Below, one piece after another: positions 53,966 to 64,000 of a stretch of DNA of 64,000 nt. The translations under genes and the position numbers were made by a program. Each line of letters opens with the position of its first letter. Within the stretch, counting starts at the first letter, position 1. The stretch is from contig CM030338.1 in the NCBI GenBank assembly GCA_017654855.1, positions 3,596,001-3,660,000 of the forward strand. Reading direction: 5' to 3'. The notes beneath the pieces are model-generated. The model was not told the DNA's origin and did not search any database. It saw only the letters and a program-made list of their open reading frames with translations. This DNA is from Podospora anserina. Taxonomy: Eukaryota.

Positions 53966-54671
53966 CCTACGATGAATAACAATGAGGCGACGGTTGGCAA
54001 CCCCGTTGCGTGGAAGCATGTGGCCCCGATGAGTCCTATTCGACCGAGATCGAGGAGCTAAAGGCGTGGATTCCGAGAGCTTGTAATAAGGATGTGTGGC
54101 AAGCTCAGATACTGCCCGGGTGGCCTGCAGTAATAGCTGTAATAGGATGGCGAAGGACGCGGGGGGGCCAAAATACCTACCTCGGTACTTTCTCGCGGAT
54201 GGCAAGGAGCGGAATTCTCAGGCATTGGCTGGCAGCTATCGACTGTGATAGCGGATGATTTAGCGCGGGATGAGGCACTGGAGTCATGAAAGAAAGCATC
54301 ATCCCCCGTGATGATCGCCTTCTCGTTCTGAATGAGAACTAGAACGGTCGTGGGGCAGTGACGCCGGGTCATGAACATGACTAATATTGCATTGTGCCAA
54401 AGCGTTGATATCAATCTAGATAAACACATACATAGACCGTACATACAAGGTAGACAGCTATTTTACTAATTTATTGCTCAGTATATTTAAATCATGTTCA
54501 CGCTTACTGCACCAACAAACAGTTTGTGTGCCAAATTATACATGCTCTACATTCGGGTCACACTGCAGTAAAATCGAAGTTGGAGCCGTTGATTGAAAAA
54601 AAAAAAAGCAGACCGCCACAACAAACCTACATAACGAGAGTGCTGTTCAGTCAATGTTGCTGTTACATTAT

Positions 54672-55151
54672 CTAAATGAAAGTCCATGACACTTCAGTCT
54701 TCCCCACGTCCAAACTACCCACAAGCTCCTTGAAAACCTTTGGGCTGACATCGATCCCACCGGGGGGGCACGAAGGGCACTTGTCACGGACAACGGCAGT
54801 GACCTTCTTGCCATCGTGGCCCTTGATGGAAATCCTGCGGCCACAAGCATCGCCGGCACCTTGACCGCTCACCAGTGCCGATGAAATAGCCACGATGTTG
54901 TGGGTATAACCCTTGCCACTGTCGTCGTGACCACAGGCACCAGGTCCGACTTCGTAGTACGTCATGTGTCCGTGGCGGTTGTATTCATTTTCGTCTCCAT
55001 TGCGTTTGGTGGCACACTCCGTGTCCCGGAGCTGGATCTTGAGAGCAGCGGGCACCTCAACTTGCTGCTCGGCATGGGCCATGTCCATGTTGATAGGGCT
55101 GGCGAGAGCACCAACAATGAACACGGCCAAGGAAACAGCGGAGGTCCTCAT
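54672..55151 (-). CDS. Small secreted RlpA-like double-psi beta-barrel protein (expansin-like/Asp f 7-like), 159 aa
   Basis: Signal peptide MRTSAVSLAVFIVGALA; motifs TYYEVGPGACG, VAIS, CGRRISI, VRDKCPSC, IDVSPKVF, VSW; TATA-like site upstream (~55368). Confidence 0.9.
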   Translation of the reverse strand: MRTSAVSLAVFIVGALASPINMDMAHAEQQVEVPAALKIQLRDTECATKRNGDENEYNRHGHMTYYEVGPGACGHDDSGKGYTHNIVAISSALVSGQGAGDACGRRISIKGHDGKKVTAVVRDKCPSCPPGGIDVSPKVFKELVGSLDVGKTEVSWTFI

Positions 55152-55863
55152 TCTGGTGATTTAGTTTGGAAAGAGTGTATGGGGGCAGTTATTGTAGTGT
55201 GTGAGTGGCTGAAGCGGACAGTTTCAAAGTTGTAATGATTGTGTGCGAAGTGATTTGTAGTATGATTTGGAAAGAGTGTGTGGTCTGAACAGCGAAATCT
55301 GACTGCGGAGAAGGAGCGTGGTTGGTGGATATTCCCACCATGTTCGGGTTGGCATGATAACTTACTTATATTGCGCAGTTTCGTATCGGAGCCAGATTAA
55401 ACGGAGGTGCCGCTTGAGTGAACAGAGTCGTTCACGCTTGGCTGAAAGCTACCGGGATCGACGAGGTCACCGCTTGACGCGCCGACCGCTTTAGCGTCGT
55501 TGAGTCAGTGCCACTCCATCCTGCTGGCACCAGAACAGGAGGCCCGGTCAGTGTACCAGCCTGATTCCGACCCTACCTGACCGTTCCTCATTCCTCGATG
55601 ACAGTGATGGATCCGGGGATGGTGCTTGAGATGAGAGTCGTGACGGCCTGGTTCATGATTAATCCGGCAGCATTCTTGGAAGTTCCGCGCTGTAGGTGTC
55701 ATGCCCCTGAATTAGTTGAGCAACAACAAGGACTGAGATAATGGAACATCGGATATTATTACTGTTCCCAACGCCATTTTTGATGCAGCTGTGTGCCAAA
55801 ACCGACAAAGCTACAGGCGCCGTGAGCCCAAAATGTATAGGATAGATAAGCCTCCAATCAAGA

Positions 55864-58800
55864 CTAGCTAAGAAGCTCCCTGATGTCTTCAATCCTCTGG
55901 ACCCTCTTTTCCTCGTCTGACACCATTCCAAGGGACGAGGCACTACGAATAAGGGGAACTCATGTCAGCAAACTGATTGCAGGGGCCTTGGAGGTGGCTA
56001 GAGACTCACATGAGCTTTTTCCTTTCTTGTATCTTGAGCATCCTCTCCTCCACGCTGCCCTTTACAATGAAGCGGTAAATCTTGACCTCGTCCTCTTGAC
56101 CCATCCGGTGTACTCTGTCGATAGCTTGCGCCTCGATTGCGAAACTCCACCAAGGGTCCATCATAAACACCCTTTTTGCCATGGTAAGGTTCAGTCCAAC
56201 CCCGCCTGCCTTAAGACTGAGCAAGAGCACGGTAAATCGTTTGGACTCTTTGAACTCCTCGAGTACAGCGGCCCGGGCCTTTTGGCTCATTGAACCATCC
56301 AGTCGCACGAAATGCATGTTGGCTTGGGTGAGAGCTGGTTCGATGAGAGAAAGGAACGACGTGAACTGACTGAAGACGACGGACTTAATTGTAGGGTGTC
56401 CCTTCCGCAGCTCACGTAGTTTCTTGATGAGTGTCACAATCTTTGCAGAAGAGTTGTTGACCCCGAGGCGCTGCAGCGTAACACGCGGCCCATCACCAGG
56501 CCTTCCATCATCGAGATCATCATCATGACGGACAACCTCGAATAAATCTCGGTTGTTGATAGGCTCACGACACTGGAAACACTTTGGCAACTCGTTCTTG
56601 TCTGTTTGATACTGGATATAGTCAAGCAAGCACTTTTTGCAAGCGGAATGCCAACACCCAGTTACGGTTTGGTCAATGATCGGTTCCTCGGCGCAAATGG
56701 GACACTCGTTGGACGCCTCGTCTCGGATCTGGTTCAGCACATGGGCGCCGAAAGCGTTGGAGTCGGCGGCATCATCTGTCGTCGCTGTAAAGCGTTCGAT
56801 GAGGGCCTGGAGATCCATATCGTCTGCCAATCCAGCAGCCGCGTCTGCAGCGGCAGCAGCTTCTTCGTCATCTGCGTTGGCACTGAGATGGCGAACGAGG
56901 ACAGGGTGACAACAGGATTGTCTAAGACGTAAAATCTGGGCAAAGATGCTGGTAAAAGCCTTCATCACAGTGCCTGCCTCCACATTGGCATTGAATGTGC
57001 GCTTGGCCCTGGTGAAGACATACTCGTACACGTCGCGCTCAGCCTTGGAAAGCTCGATGTCGACAATTTCGACGTGTTTCGGCGGAAGTGGAACCAGTGG
57101 TAAACCGTCGGGAGTCTTCATGTCCTTCGTCCGCCTCATCACCAAGGGTTCTAAGACCGTCTGGACAACATCCAAGGCCCGCACAAAATCTTTGGATTCA
57201 AATGGCACCGTGATGAACGTACGCCAAAAAGAAAAGTTATTCCAGGGCTCCACCCGCAGAAACCGGACGAGGCTGAATAGGTCCTCTAGCTTGTTCACAA
57301 TCGGGGTGCCTGTCAGCGCCCATCTGTGCTCCGCCGTAATTTCATAACAAGCCCTTGAAGTCTTGGCCTGTCGATTCTTGATATTGTGTGCCTCGTCCAA
57401 GATAACCCGGAAGAAGTTGAGTGAAAAGAGACCACGAGTGGTCGCCCTGTCACCACCTTTTGATGCAATCTGAGTGAATTCCGACAACACCACACCATAG
57501 CTGGTGATGATTAGATCCGGAGCATTTTCGGCGTTGGCTTCAGAGCATAAGGTCAAGAGATCAGCATTTTTCTCGGCTCCATAGTAGACCATGGACTTCA
57601 GGGTGCCCTCCTTTGAAGCCTTCTCGGCTTCACTTTGCCACTGGGCCAGCAGGGACATTGGCGCGACAACCAGGGTCGTACATGGGGCGTTGGCTGCGAT
57701 ACTTGCGCCATTGATGACGGACAGACGGGGAAGCTTATTAACAAAGCCAACTGGGTGAGGAGGAGACTGCCGTGCTTTCACTGCCACATCGGACCTATGC
57801 GAATGAATCAGGCTGAGCATTTGGATCGTTTTTCCCAACCCCATTTCATCAGCCAGAATACCCCCCAGACAGTGCTGTTCTTGACGTGGGAATTCTAAAG
57901 ATAAATCTCCCGAGTATGGGTTGATATAAAATGCAGGTTGATCGGGGACCTGGGGCAGGTCCTTATCATCGTAGTCCTTCAGAGGCCAGGTGTACTCTTC
58001 CCAAAGAGGATGCATAGACTCCTCATGCTCCTTGTTTTGCTGGTCCTTTTCCTTCGCCATCATCCAATACAGAGACTGTTTTTGATAGGGACGAAGAGTC
58101 ATGGCAAAGGTATCAGCTGGCTCGGCCTCGGGCGTATTGAAGTCGAATGACTGGGCTTTCTTGTAGAGCGCGTCAAGCTGGTCTTGCTCAAGTTCTTGCC
58201 CATCTTCGTTCTCGTCAGAGTTCGGAGAAGAGGATGGATTGTCCTGAGACTCTGACCGGGTTGTTGGTTTTTCCTTTTCTTTCTTATCCTCCATTTCGGC
58301 CGCCTGAAGTAGTTCTTGACGTCGATGTTTGGCGGCGGCAGAATTGGCTCGGGTTGGGACCAGGTTGATCTCCTGGAAGAGCCTGACGAGAGCTACCTGC
58401 CGCAGCCGCAAACTCTTTTCCTCTGTCGACTCGCCTTGATCGAACGGACTGGCATCTCTGTTATCGGCGACTTGGAACCCCCTTCCAAGAAAACAAGACC
58501 GCAAGAGCGAACATCTGAGCTGGAGATAAACAGTGTCGTTTGTCCGAAGCCGGTCAGGAGCATATACACATATGCCCTCGAATTTGCATATCTTTTGGTC
58601 TATCAAAGTCGAGACCCAATCAGCGGTTTCTTTTGCCAGACGGCCGATCTCTCGACCAGTCCTATCAGAGAAGCGGACAATCACATCGTTCCTCCTCGCA
58701 GTAGCGGCCGTGAGCTTGGATTGTACTTTGGTCTTGGGAGGCTGGATCTTATGACGTTCAATCATGACGATATCTCCATGCTTCACAAGACCAGCGCCAC

Positions 58801-59269
58801 TTCGTGTTGCCCAGCCTTCGGCACCAAAGGCGCCGATATAGCGTGATTCAGGCATCGAGTGGAACGTGGCTGGCGCTTGGTGAGGCACCTTCGGACTGGC
58901 TCTGTTGCTTTGTGTGGGGGACTTGGGGCCGGGTCGCATCGTGGTAGTTGGCGGGGCCTTCCTTTTCAGGGTCCTCCAGGTGCCGTCAAGATAGAGGTTG
59001 ATTGCCCGCTCGATATTGTCCCCGCAATGTTCTTTGAGGATGGTGATGATGTCGGGGCTGACGGTCTCGCCAACGAAGCTCTCGAAGGTAGGTTGGTCAA
59101 AAGCTATCACGGCGGGATTCATGTCGGAAGTAGCAGCAGTTTTCGGGAAGTCATTTGGTGGTGGGGACGAGAGGTTCGCATATTGAGTCGCATGTTCTTC
59201 TTGAGGTTGTGCGCCGGAAAAGAAGCGGCGTCTTTTGCTTGGGGGTTCGTCTGAGTCGGCAAAGTCCAT
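55864..59269 (-). CDS. RAD5: DNA repair protein Rad5 (HIRAN, SNF2 helicase, RING), ~1112 aa
   Basis: GGILADEMGLGKT, LDEAH, CPIC...CWHSAC..C...C..C RING and QAIDRVHRMGQ. One intron 56009-55943 (GTGAGT...GCTGAC...TAG) gives the C-terminus IASSLGMVSDEEKRVQRIEDIRELLS. Confidence 0.97.
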
Positions 59270-59645
59270 ATTGAAAGCAGGTGGGTGTCGCTGAGCAAGA
59301 GGATGGTGGCGGTACGTATCCGTGGTCTTTAACGTTGCATGGTTGCATGTGGAAGACGCGCCGAGTCAACGGGACCGCGAATTTTGGCGTTGCTGATCCA
59401 CAAAATCGGGTGACCGTGTTGCTAGTTAATTTAACGGTCAGGACCCGCTATTTCGTCATTGAAGTTCAAAGACGATTATTCCTAGCGATCCGTTGCAATT
59501 GGCGAAAATGGCCATCGCTTTGATCCCCAAGGTACACAGTATGTTTGCTGTTCCTCACCCAAAACGCCGCAACAGAATGGAAAGGGTTTTGACTTTGACT
59601 TGCAGGAAGGAGCTACTGCGCTAGGGCACCTCACGAACACTATCT
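59270..59645. promoter_or_regulatory. Compact divergent (likely bidirectional) promoter
   Basis: 376 bp between two head-to-head start codons; contains an ACGCG MCB-like core at ~59355. Confidence 0.6.
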
Positions 59646-60810
59646 ATGTATCGGTCGATTCGAACTGCTGGCCATGGCCTGAAGTGGACGGCCCCCCGAT
59701 GGGTTCGAGAATGCCGTCGCGGCATTGTCACAGATGCCGATGTGACTCAGTCCCGCGACTACTGTCTAAACCAGCTCAAGTACGTCTCCATCCACCACCT
59801 ACGAGGCAAATAAGAGGCTGACGCCCCTTTGCAGACATAGCGATTATGAGACCTACATGATACGGCAGTTTGTTCCGCGGTCAGCAAACGATGCATACCA
59901 TGCGCTCCGGACACTCAATCTCGAGCTTGCTCGGCTTCCCGAAACCGTCTCCAACCCCACCATCGGCCGACTCCGCATCCAGTTCTGGCGTGACACAATC
60001 GAGAGGGTCTTTGCTGGAAGCCCGCCTCGAGAACCTATCGCCATCTTGTTGCACAGTGCTATTGCGCAATTGAAATCCAGGGCTGGGGATGGAAGTGCCA
60101 GCTCTCTCAAATTCTGGCTGCTGAGGTTTCTCAAAACAAGGGAACGGCACATGGAGAACAGGCCCTTCGTCAGTTTGGCCGCTCTGGAGGACTATTCCGA
60201 GAACACCTACGCGACCTTGATGTACATGACGCTGGCTTTCATGCCCATGCGGTCTGTCCACATGGATCACCTCGCCAGCCATATTGGCAAAGCTTGCGGC
60301 ATTGTCGCGACACTACGGGGAATTCCAGTGCTCGCGGCACCTTCAACGCCCATCCAGGTTCCCTCAGGGGCCAATCTCAGGAGCACCCGAAGCCCGGCGC
60401 TTCTGCTTCCCCTGGATGTCATGGCGGATGCGGGCTTGAAAGAGGAAGATGTCTTTCGAATGGGTCCTAACGCTGAGGGACTTCAGGATGCTGTTTTCCA
60501 CGTCGCCACGCGTGCCAATGATCATCTTATTACAGCCCGGGAGATGCTCAAGAACCTGAGGTTGGGAAAAGGGCCTGATCACGACTATGAACACGAAGGT
60601 GAAGCCGAACATGTGTATTCATCTGCTGCACACAACGTCGAGACTGCTGGTTCCGATATCAAGCGTGGGTTTGGTGTGTTGCTGGAGGCTGTTGCAGCCG
60701 GGGATTATCTGAAGCGTTTGGAAAACGCCAACTTTGACCCCTTCAAGGTAAAGAAAAGTTGGAAGCTTCCCTGGTCGTTATGGCAGGCGCTTAGGCATGA
60801 GCAAATTTGA
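59646..60810 (+). CDS. Squalene/phytoene synthase-fold protein, mitochondrial complex I assembly factor NDUFAF6-like, ~369 aa
   Basis: Exon 1 (59646-59779) has an Arg-rich presequence and ends SRDYCLNQLK; intron 59780-59834 (GTACGT...CTGAC...CAG). Motifs ALRTLNLELA, IGRLRIQFWRD, LEDYSENTY, DHLASHIGKACGI, VATRANDHL. Confidence 0.9.
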
Positions 60811-63800
60811 TGATCTGTCACGAGCAGTTGTTTAGATGATGTTAGATATCTCTGTTTGCCTTGAATCCAAATGGTGAACCCAATTGTTCTACATTAGAGC
60901 CAAACCAGGGGCGCCGATGTTCATGAAGCATTCGTTTTTTATTTTGGTTTGATGAGTGTTGGACCATCACGGTGTTGTCTCAGGCTCTGGAGAATTCTAG
61001 TATTACCAGCCTCATCGTGGTACGCTGGTTTTCGACCCTCTCCCAAGGTGTGATGCTGAGCCGTCGTTCTCGCGCCTTCAATAAGCGGCTGTAGCCGAGA
61101 CTAGAATCCACCATGATGGGAAACACAGCGAGAGCATCAGAGAATTTTTGCTTGCCAGACTCCACATTCCGCAGTTGAAAGTCAACGGAACCAGGTACAT
61201 GGTCGAGTCCTTTCGTTCTCGACCCAAGGGATCCAGGGAATCCAGGGACATATCCGTTGACAGGGCGCTAGCTAGCCATGGATCAAGGAAGGAAGTCCCA
61301 GAGCGAGGATTGATGCGTATTTACGTCCTCAACATAACAAAGATTGAGCCACACTGCCACTGAATCCTGTTATATCAATTATCTTGCAAGTTGTTGCCTT
61401 GCATTTTGCAAAGCCAGTAGGTTAGCCACAGTGCCACTGACCCAGGACTCGCATATGGGATGAAGCTTTTGAAAGCCGAGGATCGTCGAGAGTCTAGGCC
61501 ACGATGCGCTCTTAATGTTTGCTCGATACTTACTCGATAGTTTTATTTTGGCGAGACCGTCAATGACCCAAGTGTCCGGGGGAAAAACCCCCGGGTCGGC
61601 GGGGCCCCGTAGCGGGTGCCACTTCCGAGAGAGTTTCGGCCCGGTGCCCCGCATCCCTTTGGCTGGTAAAAAGGTCCCATTTCGGTGGGGCCACTTTTGA
61701 ACCAATAGGAGAGCAATCTCTAAGCGAACTATTCTACAACCGCTAAATAAGCGCTAAGAAAAAAGAAATAGTACCTGAAAAGCACTATACTTATAGGGAC
61801 CCTTAGCGGGTGTGGTGCTATAATTCGCTGTCACTTACATGCTTATTTTGTGGCAGAGCAGCCCCACCGAAATTGGACTTTTTGCCCAGCCAAAGGGATA
61901 AAATGTCGGCTCCTTCCGACATCACGGACTCGGCCGTCCTAAAGCCAGTTTGTCCGACCCCAGCGATTTCCGGTGCCTCAAACACATGAATTATGACTGT
62001 GTTTTTTTCCCAGTTTTTTCCCTCAAACGTCCCATCGCAGGCCGCCTGAAGCCCTGGTGCCCTGGTGCTCAGAATACAGCCTGATGGCGTTTTGTTGCTG
62101 GAGTTGACGAATTGGCCAATGACATCTTTGACAAGGTTTCCGTTTACACACCATCAGTAAACCGCCCGAGTTGGCCTGCAGGTTAAAAGATCGTTTGGCT
62201 GGGAGGTTCCTGGAATTACCTAACTGGAACTGCACCTGGTGCATCTGGGCATCAGGTGGCACATGAGGCTCTCACCCAGACTGCTCGATGCAACGCACAA
62301 CGCCCGACAGAACATGCCATCTCCGAGGAAGTCTGAAGTTGGCAGAGACACGTGGTTTTGGAAGACTTTTGGATGATTTATGTCACGCGGTACTCTGAGG
62401 GCCTGTGTTATTTATTTTTACGGATAACCAGTACCGAGCGTAGATACGATATGCGCACTGTCGAATATTTTAGAGATATCTGAGCATCGCGTCATAGGGC
62501 TGGATCTTAGCGCAGAAGCAGAAATGGCGGGGAAAATTAATACCATCCAGGCGAGGGGTTCCCGCACAACTCTTGTTTTTCAGTCTCTTTGCACAACAAA
62601 CGTCAGCTTGCAGGGGAGCAGCGAGAAGTTTGCAGTGGACAAAGGAAAGGGGGACCAATGTTCGACTCGAGCTTGGCTTCTTCGGCCGCTTTCCAAGCAC
62701 TCGGTGCAAGCTTGGAATATGGGGCAAACAAAGCCAATTCCATGGAACAGAACCTTTGCCGCACACAAAATTTTCCCTCGAGGTGGAGCCCCAGGACTTT
62801 GGGAAGAGGTCACTGGGTCACCAGGTGACCCTGGATTTTGCCTTGACAGTGTCTCCAGCGGAGCCCAAAGAGCTTGAAGCTTGAAAGCTGGCATCCAGTT
62901 TGTGAGCTCATGCAAGCCTTGTGACTAGTAGGTTGGCTTTCAGCATTAGCCCGTGACCTGAAAAGCGTGCCTCCAGCCCCAGTCCACCACTCACTTGCAA
63001 GTTGGAAGAAAGGAACGACGGCAGATCGCAGACCTGGAACATGCGGTTGCCATTGTCCTCATTATTCCCTGGAGAGATGGGGCTCTTCGGTAAGCTCGGA
63101 GCACTGACATTTGCTTTCCGGATGTCTCACTCAGCACTGATCTCGGCTTCGGCGAGGACTCGGTATGGATACCGACTGTGGTGCTGACTGGCCCGGGCAG
63201 TGGAGTGAACTGACATGCGGGATCGACCAGGTGAAGATCCGCCCTGCACATGGAAGAGGTAGTGTAAGGGGTGCTCCAGATCGATGCTTGGTACGAACCA
63301 CTGTCTGTCTTTGTGCAAGTATTTTTCCACCCAACCTATGTGAGCCTACGTCACCGTCAAAACTCATCAAGCACTCAGAACCGCCGGGGCACACAGCATC
63401 AAAACAAGTGCTACCCTGGCTGCGCAATGATGAGAAGCCTTTCCTGGACTCATGCTGTCAAGACGATGTGGACCGGAAGTGGACTACAAGGTTCACACAA
63501 CAAAGGGGATCGATCGATGGCGGAGCAACAAGGTCCAGCTGGTCAGTTTTGTTCGCGGCCCTGCCGCTCGCTCGGTCGGTGGTGGGCTGTCCAGGTGGAA
63601 CCCTTTAAGCCCTGGCCATCTATTACACATAATTACTTGATGGAAAAGGCCGGACTGGTCCTCAGGGACATACAAATACTCTGACGAGCCTGCATCCTAC
63701 TCTTGCGTCAGACCTCTGAGGAATTGTTGGTAGACTTATAGCCGTGCTCTTTCAAACCATAGACGTTATCCCACCACCCATCTCCACGCTGTTATTCGCA

Positions 63801-64000
63801 TCTTCACACCCTCAGATCCCAACACTGGGTGACCCCATCTTCACTTTCCAGTCAAAGAAACGAGCCACGGGCACTCGATTAAATACCACGCGTCGAAGGA
63901 TAATCGAATCGAATCAGAAGAAGGCGAACTACCTCTTGGTGACATTTCATGGATATTGGGGACAGGGAAAACCACCGCAACGAGGATTTTCCACGAAAAC

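Noticed and set aside
56181-59254. Plus-strand ORFs overlapping RAD5
   Set aside because: Antisense shadows of a long coding sequence.
61500-61840. Possible LTR remnant (GC-rich part, CCAAT, then TA-rich part)
   Set aside because: No termini, TSD or second copy found in the window.
62000-64000. Several ORFs of 60-147 aa and an ATG at ~63949 open to the window end
   Set aside because: No domain similarity or consistent splice structure recognised; too little sequence to call the last one.
1-64000. Starship or other giant mobile element
   Set aside because: No tyrosine-recombinase captain or cargo organisation is visible.

Overview
Filamentous ascomycete DNA (Sordariomycete-like, inferred from gene content, GT-AG introns with CTRAC branch sites, and RIP) with a sharp two-compartment layout. 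Positions 1 to ~49,700 are a gene-free, very AT-rich block of nested transposons mutated by repeat-induced point mutation (RIP). It holds several chromovirus-type Ty3/gypsy relics, including one full-length element (38493-47604, paired LTRs, GCAGG target-site duplication). It also holds a second gypsy lineage, three pogo/Fot1 DNA transposons and many solo LTRs with 5-bp TSDs. Positions ~49,730-64,000 are GC-balanced and carry a decayed gasdermin (RCD-1/HET-Q1)-like gene at the boundary, a PTH11-like membrane protein, a secreted RlpA/DPBB protein, RAD5 and a divergent NDUFAF6-like gene. The most notable observations are the gasdermin-like relic, an antisense Zn-cluster-like accessory ORF in the retrotransposon, a probable self-priming PBS, and LTRs with a constant core but exchangeable U3 modules. 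All calls were read by eye; no searches were run.
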